Virus record (IMG/VR): IMGVR_UViG_3300032269_001358
Location: 1-60,089 of that record
DNA: 60,089 nt
Strand: one strand, 5' to 3'
Source: a virus
Lineage: Duplodnaviria > Caudoviricetes
The translations under genes were made by a program, and so were the position numbers. Below the pieces are notes generated by a model. The model ran no database searches and was not told the DNA's origin. It saw nothing but the letters and a program-made list of their open reading frames with translations. Below are positions 35,554-45,600 of the stretch, one piece after another. Numbering within the stretch: position 1 is the stretch's first letter; every line of letters starts with the position of its first letter.

Positions 35554-38500
35554 ATGGCGCTCCCGGCGTTTTCGGCTGCAAAAGGAATCACTGTCACGAC
35601 TGGCCCAAACAACGAACTGATCGTTGTGCAGGGCGGCGTTCGAGGCCGCCGATGGACTGGCCAAGAAAGCAAGGAGTTCGTACCGCTCGGCGTGGATGCC
35701 CCCACGGTCGCGCCAACCGTAATCGCAGACCCTGGTGCTCCGGATGGCTACTACATTGCCCGCGTCGATGTCACAAAGGGAGGCTACTGCTACAACGCGC
35801 CGCCTGTGGTCACGATCAATAGCACGCCGGCAATCGGGACAGTGACCGGAGGGGTCGAAGCCAGCGCCATTGCTTACCTGAATCAGTCGTCTGTCGCCGA
35901 GATTCGGGTCCAGAAGTCTGGCAAGTACTACCCTGCCCCGCCGACCATCACGCTGAGCAGCACGTGCGGAACTGGGGCCGTCTTGACCGCCGAGCTAGAC
36001 ATCCCTGTGGGGGCTGGATACGACGCCACAAACGACCCTCTGACCGGGATTACTCAGTGGGAGATCATCCAGGCTCCCACGTATCTGGATGAAGCTGGGG
36101 AAGTCTCGGATCCTCTCATTTGGTATAGGGCGTTCAATGGAACGGTGAACATTTCCGCCACGAATGGGACGGCGCTCACAAACCCCCGCCCCACCAACTA
36201 CCAGCTTCCGACCGGCACAAACTGGGACTCCGCGATCACCTGCTCCTCTACCGGAGCAAGTCCGGCTACTTTGGTTGTCAGCGGAGACACGCGCACCGGC
36301 CAGGCCGCGAAAATTAAGCTCACGTTCGCCGGAGCGAGGTGGGTATGCAGCTACGCTCCTGCAGGCGGCCAGGCCCTAAACCACTGGCGGGGGGCCAGGC
36401 AGCTGCTCTCCGTGGCGCCTGGAAAGTTCGGGTCTGGCTATGACCCCAACACGACCGTGGTGGTTCGCATCCGCGCAAATCAGTCGAGCTCTAACACAGA
36501 GAACGACATTCTCATCTACGGATACCCGACCGGCAACGACAACAACACTCAGGCGCGCGGATACCCGATCAAGAACATTGCGATCACCAACCCTGGATCT
36601 GGGTACACAGTTGCTCCCGTGATTCAGATCACATCGAAGTCTGGGTTTGGTGCCGTCGCCACGTGTGAGGTCGCCAACGGACAGATAGTGTCTGTCAAAC
36701 TCGTCAACAACGGCGGTGGGTACAAGACTCCTCCAACAGTGGAGGCGCTGTCGGGCAAAGCAGAGGCATTCCCTGTAGCTCGTCCCCACCTCAGGGGGAA
36801 ATACCTGTGCTACTACCGCTACATCGACGACACCGCCGTAGAGTTTGGAGGGCCATTCCCGAGCAGTCTCTCGCCCCCAACGGTGTTTGACGCCGAGAAC
36901 GGCAAGTCGCGCATTCGCTGGACGGTGGCTTACCCTAACGGCCAGGGGCGTCCAAAGGCCGTCGAGCTGTGGAGGACTACCAGCAACCAGGGCATTACCC
37001 TGTATCGCGTGTCCACGCAGCTGGCGTCGGCCTCGTTTTTCCTCGACGACCTCACGGACGACGAGCTGCGGAATCCTGATCGCGCAGGCTATGCGGCCAT
37101 GCCGATTCTGCTTCCTAACGGAGAGCTGTGCGCAAATCGCTTCGCGATTCCGCCAGACAACAAGGACGTCGTCGTCCGCTTTCAGGATCGATACTGGTAC
37201 GGCGTCGACACCAGCGGCCGCGAGATGAACACCGTCTACTACTCGGAGGTAGACGAGCCCGAGAGCGTGCCCAGCATCAACCAGATCGTCCTCCAGCAGA
37301 GCAGCCGCGACGCTGACCGGATCACGGCCCTCGCTCCCGTGAACAACACGCTCTTGATGTTTCAGGAGCGTCATGCTTTTGCCCTCTCGTTTGCGAGCAA
37401 CCCAGTCTTCGATGCGCAGGTTCAACCGATTGCGTTTCGGGGCTGCATGGGGCAGCAGTGCTGGGACATCTACGACGGAGTCATATTTGCGCTTGACCAG
37501 ACTGGCGTGTACTCCATCTCTCTCAACGGATCGGTCGAGGACCTGTCGGCACCAATTGCCAATCTCATTTCCGATCAGCTTGACGTCCTGAACGGCTCAA
37601 GGAACTTCCTCACCATCGACCAGAAAACACTCACCCTTCGGGCGTTTGTGTCTTTCAAGAGCGACAGGGCCACAAGCTCTGGCACAGACGCCACGCCGAC
37701 GCGTGCGCTGTGCTACTCGCTCAGGACGAAGAGTTGGTTCATGGAGAAGTACCCACAGAAGGTGCGGGCGGCTACGGCCGGGAAGCTCGCCCTCGCCACT
37801 GGCGCATTCCCCCCGAGTGATGTCCGGAACATCTACGCCTGTGAGTCTGGTCTCGTTGTCCTAAACGAGGGATCGGCCGACCTTGCTCGCGGCGCAGTTA
37901 CATCTGTTCGGCTCACCAACAGGGGCGCCGGATACAAGACTCCGCCCACTGTGACGGCCTCCGGCGGCGTCGGGGCTGAGTTTCAATCGGTCACTAATGA
38001 CAGCGGCGAGGTTACGGCGATCATCATCCGCAACCCTGGGAGAGGGTACTCGTCCGGGACTCTCACCATCTCAGCTCCGAACGATCCTTCCTTCGCGTCT
38101 CCGGTAGCCGCGACAGCTACGTACACGGCGACATCCACCACGGCCGACACTCCCCTCTACATCCCGTATCGCATGAAGACCGGGTGTGCTGCCTACGTGG
38201 ACGACTCTGAGGACCCAAAGGCGGCGGCGGCTCAGTCGCGGCAGATTCGCGTGGCCTACAAGCCGCTTGCTGTGTCGAGCCCGCTTGCGATGCGGCTGTA
38301 CTACAACAACGCGAAGGATCCACGGCGAAACCTGGCCACCAGGGTTCGGGGGACTGGGTTTGCCTTCAGCTCTGTTGACTCATCCGCTCGCATCGATCTC
38401 GGCGGAAACATGATCAAGAGCGGTGCCGACGACGGCGTGGCCGGTGCTGTGCTGTCTGGGCGGACCATCGATGACATCAATGCGGACCGTAATGTTGCAG

Positions 38501-38580
38501 TGGAGATCAGCGGCGCTCGGACCGGGCCAGAGCCTGTCATCGTGTACGGCATTGATGCCGCAGGGACTGGGGGCCGCTGA
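35554..38580 (+). CDS. tail nozzle/stabilisation-like protein with GxGY..P repeats
   Basis: 1008 aa; VYYSE..EPES and ITAL...LLMFQ propeller-like motifs; about 6 (I/V)xxxGxGYxxxP repeats. Confidence 0.65.
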   Translation: MALPAFSAAKGITVTTGPNNELIVVQGGVRGRRWTGQESKEFVPLGVDAPTVAPTVIADPGAPDGYYIARVDVTKGGYCYNAPPVVTINSTPAIGTVTGGVEASAIAYLNQSSVAEIRVQKSGKYYPAPPTITLSSTCGTGAVLTAELDIPVGAGYDATNDPLTGITQWEIIQAPTYLDEAGEVSDPLIWYRAFNGTVNISATNGTALTNPRPTNYQLPTGTNWDSAITCSSTGASPATLVVSGDTRTGQAAKIKLTFAGARWVCSYAPAGGQALNHWRGARQLLSVAPGKFGSGYDPNTTVVVRIRANQSSSNTENDILIYGYPTGNDNNTQARGYPIKNIAITNPGSGYTVAPVIQITSKSGFGAVATCEVANGQIVSVKLVNNGGGYKTPPTVEALSGKAEAFPVARPHLRGKYLCYYRYIDDTAVEFGGPFPSSLSPPTVFDAENGKSRIRWTVAYPNGQGRPKAVELWRTTSNQGITLYRVSTQLASASFFLDDLTDDELRNPDRAGYAAMPILLPNGELCANRFAIPPDNKDVVVRFQDRYWYGVDTSGREMNTVYYSEVDEPESVPSINQIVLQQSSRDADRITALAPVNNTLLMFQERHAFALSFASNPVFDAQVQPIAFRGCMGQQCWDIYDGVIFALDQTGVYSISLNGSVEDLSAPIANLISDQLDVLNGSRNFLTIDQKTLTLRAFVSFKSDRATSSGTDATPTRALCYSLRTKSWFMEKYPQKVRAATAGKLALATGAFPPSDVRNIYACESGLVVLNEGSADLARGAVTSVRLTNRGAGYKTPPTVTASGGVGAEFQSVTNDSGEVTAIIIRNPGRGYSSGTLTISAPNDPSFASPVAATATYTATSTTADTPLYIPYRMKTGCAAYVDDSEDPKAAAAQSRQIRVAYKPLAVSSPLAMRLYYNNAKDPRRNLATRVRGTGFAFSSVDSSARIDLGGNMIKSGADDGVAGAVLSGRTIDDINADRNVAVEISGARTGPEPVIVYGIDAAGTGGR

Positions 38581-39596
38581 TGTTCGACGCGTCTAGGATT
38601 GCCGCGATTCTTCGCTCCTGTGGCGTTCCAATGCGGCAGGCGGCGGAGCTTGCAGGCGTTTTGGGAGGGCGCCGGCAAAAGCTCAAGACAGGCGGCGGCT
38701 TGGAGCAGGACACCACCCCAAGCGACCTGCGCGAAGTGACTCCCAGCGCACGGAGGCACCACCTCACCAATCTGGATTTTCGCAGGGGGGATCCGGACTA
38801 CCGGCCTTCAAAGATCGACGATTCCGAGCGCCGGCGGCAGGCACAGCCTGATCCGGCAATCAAAACTGTGTCTGCGCCTCAGGAGACCGACTCCTCGTAC
38901 AACCTTGTCGATGGGGCCTATACGTCGGTGGTGGCGGCCGACGGGGCTGTGGCGGTCAACCTGGCCGTTCAGGGCAGCGGACGGGCAATGATGCTCGACC
39001 CTCCGAGCAACTCGATCGTTGGAAAGACGCTTCGCTGCGAGGCCGGAGGCGGCGGCGCCAACCAAAACCTTGTCAGGTTTTTCATCGACGAAACAGGGCA
39101 AGAGGTTGTCTGGAAGCTGATGCTGGCGATCGATCGCATCCCAATCGTCACCGACATTCGGTACCGCATTGGTCGCGGGATCGAGTACACGAGGCGGACG
39201 GCTGCCGTTTTCCTTGACCCGGCAGATCAATTCGAGCGAAAAGTTGTTCCGTTCAAGCAGCAGGAAGTGGTGTCTTCCCTCGACAAGAACGACGCCAACA
39301 CTTCTCTCATCGCGACCAAGATTAAGGTGGACGTTCCGGCGACAGAGAACTTTGAGACAGACACGTTTTCTTTTGGTGGATCCGCCGACGCCGTTCTCTG
39401 CAAGACCACTTCCGCCTGGGCGAAGGGCTCATCCGCCACGCCTCAGATCTGGGCCGGCGTGCCGGGAAGCGAGACGAACACTGGTACGACGATCTCGGCG
39501 TATAACCGATACGCCTCAATTCCCACCGGAAAGTTCTGCACGGTGATGCTGCACCGTAGCGGGTATTACTACGTAATCGCTGCGGAGTGCTCGTGA
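38580..39596 (+). CDS. putative tail protein
   Basis: TGATG coupling; C-terminal YYVIAAEC. Confidence 0.6.
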   Translation: MFDASRIAAILRSCGVPMRQAAELAGVLGGRRQKLKTGGGLEQDTTPSDLREVTPSARRHHLTNLDFRRGDPDYRPSKIDDSERRRQAQPDPAIKTVSAPQETDSSYNLVDGAYTSVVAADGAVAVNLAVQGSGRAMMLDPPSNSIVGKTLRCEAGGGGANQNLVRFFIDETGQEVVWKLMLAIDRIPIVTDIRYRIGRGIEYTRRTAAVFLDPADQFERKVVPFKQQEVVSSLDKNDANTSLIATKIKVDVPATENFETDTFSFGGSADAVLCKTTSAWAKGSSATPQIWAGVPGSETNTGTTISAYNRYASIPTGKFCTVMLHRSGYYYVIAAECS

Positions 39597-40153
39597 TGCT
39601 GTTGCCAGGCTGCCAGTGTTGCGGTACGTCTCCGTGCCCAGAGTGTCGGCACTACACGGTTGACACGTTTGACAACAGCCTTACCGCTACTGTCACAATA
39701 AACGGCTACAGCATTCCGGTGTATACAGGAGACTTTTTTCCTGAATACGAATACCTGAGTATTCCATCAGAAGTGCAGTCCAATTGCTTTGTTGGTTATG
39801 AGAATCCTAAGCGAGCCGGCTTTTATGCGGAGTTCCAGGCAGATAGTGCTTTCAGGGAATACTTCGAGGTATCTGGGTGCCCAAGCGTTCGAGTGTTGCT
39901 AAGGATTTACGTTGTTCTCCCAGAATCTCAGTACTATGGCCCAAACAGCAGGCTTGCGCTTCAAATAGAAGGGTACGATATTCCAGCAAACTGCACCGAC
40001 ACCGGCGGGACAGCCACCACATCGCAGTCGTGGTATTTCTGGGGCAACGACCAATTTGTAGACGAGAACTGCACAATTGCTTTGCTCGACTGGCTTAGCA
40101 CGCTGACCGTGGTCACTACATTTGCGTTTGACCCTTGCGAGTGCCCACCATGA
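39596..40153 (+). CDS. variable virion protein with Cys-rich N-terminus
   Basis: TGATG coupling; MLLPGCQCCG..CPEC; AT-richer, aromatic-rich body. Confidence 0.6.
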   Translation: MLLPGCQCCGTSPCPECRHYTVDTFDNSLTATVTINGYSIPVYTGDFFPEYEYLSIPSEVQSNCFVGYENPKRAGFYAEFQADSAFREYFEVSGCPSVRVLLRIYVVLPESQYYGPNSRLALQIEGYDIPANCTDTGGTATTSQSWYFWGNDQFVDENCTIALLDWLSTLTVVTTFAFDPCECPP

Positions 40154-40587
40154 CCGACCCGGTCAAGCTGTCGCGGCAAGCGGTTGCATCGTTCGCGGCA
40201 AAGCGAAAGCCGGGCTACGAATCCGCGTTGATTGCCGCCGCCGTCTCCTCTGATGAACGGTCCGTGACGATCACGCGCGTCGACTACGACCGGCTCCGAG
40301 ACGAGTTTGCGTTGGCCTGCGGCCCTGGCTGCCAACTCCGCCGCTCGCTGGCATGGTTGAGAATCCGCGACGACGGCTCCTGTGGCTGCAATTCCTACGC
40401 TGCGCAGATGGACGCCTGGGGGCCCGACGAGTGCCTCCGGCGAATCGAAGAGATCGTCGAGCACCTGCGGCAAGCCGCCGAGAAGAGGGGATTGATCTTC
40501 AACGAACTCGCCGCCCGCCAGCTTGTTCGGGTCGCCTGCGGTCTGGCTCGGAGGAACGCCCGCAAAGTGGCCTCCGAGGGGACATAA
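40150..40587 (+). CDS. Cys-rich hypothetical protein
   Basis: ATGA overlap; CGPGC..L...CGC...MDAWGPDEC. Confidence 0.65.
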   Translation: MTDPVKLSRQAVASFAAKRKPGYESALIAAAVSSDERSVTITRVDYDRLRDEFALACGPGCQLRRSLAWLRIRDDGSCGCNSYAAQMDAWGPDECLRRIEEIVEHLRQAAEKRGLIFNELAARQLVRVACGLARRNARKVASEGT

Positions 40588-40590
40588 ACC
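40580..40590 (+). promoter_or_regulatory. candidate late promoter GGACATAAACC
   Basis: 19 nt upstream of ATG 40610, the start of the ejection-protein block. Confidence 0.45.
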
Positions 40591-40609
40591 AAGCAGAAAG
40601 GGCCATCCC

Positions 40610-41104
40610 ATGCTTGGCGGACTCATTCAGCCGCGATACATCACGAGCTACTCCGGTGGCGGCGGGAGCCGCGAGGCCAGCTCTTCGGCCTCGTACGACT
40701 ACTCTGGCCTGGAGGACCACCTCAAGTCCCAGGACATGGTGGATGACCTGCGGGCGCAGAAGTACGCCTCTCTTTACGGGGGGGATGTGGCCGGGAGCGT
40801 TGCGACTAGCGACAAAATCCGCTCGCTGCTCGGCAAAATCAACGCCAACGCCCCAGGGGCGACGGAGAAGAGCCCTCATACGGTGGTGAATCCACTTGCG
40901 AAGGTTCAGAGCTCCAGCGGGTCCGCTGGCGTTCACCAGCGGGAACCTGATTTTGAGGGTTATCACGACTATCAGGATGGAATTGGGGCGGATCAAGACA
41001 GCCAGCCGGCCCCGCCAGAGTGGAAGCAAAACCTCATTAACAAGAACAGCGCCCTCAAGGACAAGCGTCTTGGCCGGATGGTCGAGATGGGCCACATCGC
41101 GTAA
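40610..41104 (+). CDS. hypothetical (internal virion?) protein
   Basis: ATG at 40610; Gly/Ser-rich. Confidence 0.6.
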   Translation: MLGGLIQPRYITSYSGGGGSREASSSASYDYSGLEDHLKSQDMVDDLRAQKYASLYGGDVAGSVATSDKIRSLLGKINANAPGATEKSPHTVVNPLAKVQSSSGSAGVHQREPDFEGYHDYQDGIGADQDSQPAPPEWKQNLINKNSALKDKRLGRMVEMGHIA

Positions 41105-41115
41105 GGAGTGCAGGC

Positions 41116-41388
41116 ATGTACGGAATGAAGGCTTTCGGATACCAGCCCTTTGGGCAGGCTGCGCGGATGATGCAATCTGGCGATCCAGACACGGTCGCCA
41201 TGGGGGAGAGCATCGCTGGGGAGTACGGGCGAGATCTGAACCGTGACAACCACGAACAGGGCCTCCAGAGCTCTGAGCAGAGCCGCCGGCAGTACGACTC
41301 CGAGACGTCCCGAATGATGGGCATGAAGAAGATTGGGGTCCTTGGCGGGCTCCTGAGCGGGCGCATGCCAATCGGCGGGAACTACTGA
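41116..41388 (+). CDS. small Gly/Gln/Met-rich putative ejection protein
   Basis: AAGGAG RBS. Confidence 0.6.
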   Translation: MYGMKAFGYQPFGQAARMMQSGDPDTVAMGESIAGEYGRDLNRDNHEQGLQSSEQSRRQYDSETSRMMGMKKIGVLGGLLSGRMPIGGNY

Positions 41389-41389
41389 G

Positions 41390-41782
41390 ATGGACTTCCA
41401 GTACGGCAACTACGGCCAAGCCATCGGCTTCGGAAGCGGCGGTCTGCTTGCCGGCCTCATGCCTGGCGGCAATCCCGCGCAGCAGGCGGCTTACGGCCAA
41501 GCCATGCAAGGGGCTTCTCAGCTTGCGCTGAACCGTGCCCAGGAGAACATGGGGTATCAGCAGCAGCAAGCGCAAAACGAGTCTCAGCAGCGCCAGTCCG
41601 GCAACCAGAACAAGGCCCAACGCCTCGGAAATGAGAGTCAGGAGCGGATGGGCAAGGGCGAGCTTTCGACTCGCAAGAAGGCGTTCGGCATCGGCCAGCA
41701 GTTCGGGTATGCCGGAATAGACCGGCGCAAGCAGCTTGGGATTCAGCAAGGCGTGCTCAACGGCCTGGCGGGAGGCGACTGA
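41390..41782 (+). CDS. Gly/Gln-rich putative ejection protein
   Basis: Low-complexity composition typical of pilot/ejection proteins. Confidence 0.6.
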   Translation: MDFQYGNYGQAIGFGSGGLLAGLMPGGNPAQQAAYGQAMQGASQLALNRAQENMGYQQQQAQNESQQRQSGNQNKAQRLGNESQERMGKGELSTRKKAFGIGQQFGYAGIDRRKQLGIQQGVLNGLAGGD

Positions 41783-41784
41783 TC

Positions 41785-42348
41785 ATGGCAATCGGATCTG
41801 ACCTGACGCTTACCGGCGGGACGTTCGCCCCAGGCCCGCCAAAGCCAGCGCCTCCCGGCTGGCCGACCAAGCCACAGCCAGCCAAGGCCGCTGGGCAGTC
41901 GAGTCCTTACGGTCGCGCTCCGGGCGGAATCGGGGACGACATCTCGCAGTCGGCAGAGAACAACGCCATGGCGATGGGCGCTGGCGCTGGGATGGCGTCA
42001 CTTCAGAGCATGGACCGGGCTGGAGTCTCGCGCGGAAAAGGTCAGAGATCTCGGGCGGACGTCGCCCAAGCGGGCGCGGACATCGGCGGCCGGATGCAGT
42101 CGCAGCAGATTCAGCAGGGAATCGCTTCTGCTAACGCAAAAAACCAGCAGGGCTACGAACAATCCATGCGAATGGAGCAGCTCGGAAACCAGGGCTTGCT
42201 GGAGGGCCTCAGGAGCCAGGGCGCTCGCGAGCGTCTGGCTGGCCAGGGCTGGACCCAAGACATCTACGAGGCCCTGGCGAACGGCCAATTCAGTCTTGAC
42301 CAGATGCAGCTTGACATGTCTCCGCTCCTGCGAAGCCTGATGGGCTGA
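41785..42348 (+). CDS. Gly/Gln/Ala-rich putative ejection protein
   Basis: GGAGG RBS; low complexity. Confidence 0.6.
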   Translation: MAIGSDLTLTGGTFAPGPPKPAPPGWPTKPQPAKAAGQSSPYGRAPGGIGDDISQSAENNAMAMGAGAGMASLQSMDRAGVSRGKGQRSRADVAQAGADIGGRMQSQQIQQGIASANAKNQQGYEQSMRMEQLGNQGLLEGLRSQGARERLAGQGWTQDIYEALANGQFSLDQMQLDMSPLLRSLMG

Positions 42349-42372
42349 TCAAACTACACGAAAGGGTGTGAC

Positions 42373-42681
42373 ATGGCTGACGATGTCGATCTCGAAGACC
42401 TTCCGCCAAAGGCGCTGCGGAAGATGATCCGCACCCTCCGCGCGAAGCTCAACAAGAAGCCAGGCGGTGATGACGAAGAGGACTCCGGCTCCGAGAAGGA
42501 GCGCGAGGATCTTGCCGATCTCCACGAAGACTCCAAGGGCAAAGGCCACAAGCAGAAGGTCGAGAAGGACGATCTGCCGTTCGACTTGGAGGGCGGTGAC
42601 GCCGAAGATGAAGGCGAGGAAGACGACTCGTCTAGCGATGAAGAGAAGTCAGTTCCGCCGAAGAAGAACCCGAAGAAGTAA
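42373..42681 (+). CDS. small highly charged (acidic) protein
   Basis: D/E tracts interspersed with Lys clusters. Confidence 0.65.
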   Translation: MADDVDLEDLPPKALRKMIRTLRAKLNKKPGGDDEEDSGSEKEREDLADLHEDSKGKGHKQKVEKDDLPFDLEGGDAEDEGEEDDSSSDEEKSVPPKKNPKK

Positions 42682-42689
42682 GGGCCGAC

Positions 42690-45600
42690 ATGAATCTTTG
42701 GAGACTCTTCGGCGACGCGGCTAAGGGGTCGTCTATTCCCAGGGCCGACGAAGTAGCCAAGAACGCTGCTCGGGTTCGCAATCTAGCCATGCAGGCCCGG
42801 CAAGCCAGGGCTGGCGCGGATCGCGTTACGGAACTTCCTGACGGAAAGACGGCCACCACTCTTGGCGGCCCGGTCGAGCGCCCGCAGGCCCCCAAGTCTT
42901 CGCGAGAAGAGGTCGAGGACCTCATCACCGAAGGCAGTCAGATTGCGCAGGACGAGAAGAAAGCTCGCGCCGGCACTGCTGCGGCCATGGAGGCCGAGCG
43001 CAAGGCAAAGAAAGAGCCTGCCCAAGCCGTCCGTTCGGAACGAGAAGCCATCGAGTTCTGGAAGGAAAGGCTGGCGGAGGCGCAGAGGGCTGGTGACGAC
43101 GCTGGGGTCGAAGAAGCCGATAAGGCCCTGCGAGACGCTTCGCAGGCAATGTCAGACACCAGCAAGCAAATCACCGGCATCGAGCGCGCCTCGCAGAATC
43201 AGCAGAAAAAGGCTCAATCTAGCCTCGACGCAAGCGTTGACCGCAAGACGGCGCGTGGGCTTGTCGACGAGCAGGACCCCCAGTACCGCCTGTCGCAGAA
43301 GATCCAGGCATCCAGCAAGAAGCAGATTTCCCTTTCCCGCATCGTCGATCGCCTGCGAAACAGGCCGACTGGTATGGCCGGAAAGGTGAAGGCTCGGCGC
43401 GACAGGATCAAGGCGGGGCAGGCGGCAGACGCCGAGCGCGCACGCCTGAGCGGCGTTGTCGTGGACGACACTCCGCTTCCGTCGTTCGCCGCCGAGTTCA
43501 AGCGCAAGGTCGAGGACAGCCTGACTCCCAAGATTGGTGAGGACGGGCAGACGTACTTCGACACCCTCAAGGCCGAGACCGAGGCGCGAGAGACCATCCG
43601 CAGCCTCGGAATCCGCCAAAGCTCTCCAGGCATGATCGGTGGGATCAAGAACCGCCTGAAGGGAATTGCCGACACCGTTCGCGACGCGGCGGAGTTCTCC
43701 GGGCTTCCGGTTGGCCGCCCAGACGAACTGCCGGATATTCCGATCGACAAGGACAGCCTGTACACGACCAAGGACCTTGGCGGGACGACTTCGTACCCGG
43801 CTGATGCCAACGAGCAGCTGGCGACCCTGCGGCGTCGCTACGGCCTTGACGACAGCGCTTCCATTGAGGAAGTAACCGCCAACATCGCTGCCGAAAAGAT
43901 GGGCATTCAAGATGCCACTCGGCATACAGAGCGGCTCACTGGTCCTGCCGGTCAGCCACTCCAGCGCCAGTCCTCCGAGCCAGACTTCCGCCCGTCGCTT
44001 GAGGACGATGGCAGCCGCGTCTTCAATCCGGAAGACCAGCCCGTCGTCGTCAAGGAGCGCGACGAGGTCGCCACTCCGAAGTACAAGCGGACGGTTCTGG
44101 AGGCCGCTCCCGGTGGCCTGCCTCGCAACAGCGAGCTTGAGAACCTGCGGAAGCAGCGCGACGCGATGCTTCGCGGCGGCGACTCTGAGACTCTGTACGT
44201 CGATGCGAGCGGAACGGCCCTCGGATGGGATGGCGTGCAAAAAGCCGATCTGGAGCGAATCGACGCCAAGATTGCGCAGCTTGAAAGGCTCGGGGCATCG
44301 TGGCGCAGTCCACGGACCGCTCCAGGGGGCTCCGGTCGTCCTCGCATTGCGGTTGATAGTGCGGGCCGCCCTATTCGCCAGGACACTGGCACCAGCGTTA
44401 AGGTGACCTCCAAGCTCGTTGCGTCAGACCCGAGCAAGCAGATCGACCTCGACGAGCTCTTGGCCGACCGAAATCTTCCTGGAGTCACCGAGGCTGAAAA
44501 AGCTTCCTACGACAAGAAAATCAACGCACTGATTCAGACGCCTGACTCTTCCAGGGTTGTGACACGCAAGGTCGACGCCGCTCCGTCAATAACAGAGCGC
44601 GCCCTGGCGTTCCTGGAGGGAAGAAGGCCGGAGAGACGGCAGCGCCTTGAGCAGGCTCTCGCTCCGAAAACCAGGGACAGGTACGTCATCGATGGCAGCG
44701 AGGACGCCGATGACCTTATTGTTCTTCGCCAGCGCGGAACCGGCGATAACCAGAAACGTGTCAGCAACGAGGTCATTTTCCGCCGTACCCCCAACGGAAC
44801 GTACGTTCGCTACGCGCCTGGCGGACCGTCGTCGCCTCGCTTTGAGGTGGACAAGCAGGAGCTTTCGGAGTCTCAGATTGGCGACTATCTGAACCAAGGG
44901 TGGGAGGTCTACCAGCAGCCTGCCGGATCGAAGCTCAAGCCGCCAAAGGTCAACGACCCAGCCTACCTGGCTCAGGTCGCCAAGGAGTTCTACAGCACCG
45001 CCCCTGGCTCCGAAGGCGCAAACATCCGCAACGTGCAGTTTGCGCTCCAGGGCCTCGACGAGATCATGAAGCTCAGGGGCAAGGCTGCCTACATGGAAGC
45101 CCTTGAGGTCATCGGAGAGTCTGTCGGCAGTGGAGGCGGCGACCGCGTGAGTCGGGTTCGCGCCGGCAAAGAAGCCGTGAGGCGGATGCGTGGACACGTT
45201 GCGGACATGACCGAACAGTCCGGTCTTGTGACTGCTCCTGGTCGCAGGCTCACCAACGAGAAGGCTAACAACCGGCCCGACGCTCCTCCGTTCAGTCCAG
45301 TCCCGAAGTCACCCGAGGATATTCCGTGGTGGGAGTCGTCTGGGGCCAAGCCCGCTCGTCGGGGAGCCACTGCCGACTGGAACCAGGAGTCCAAGGACCT
45401 GTCCCGTCAGGTCTACAAGTCCCTGATTGCAGACGGAATGCCGCACGCCGAAGCCATGAAGATGGCCACCGAGGCTGGTGCTGGCTCTGAGTCTCTTCTG
45501 CAGGGGGTCAACCAGTGGGGCGACAGCCCAGAAGCCCTCGCTCTCGCATCGCGAGCCCTCTCGGATGCCACAGTCGCCCCTGACCCCAGGGACAGCGCTG

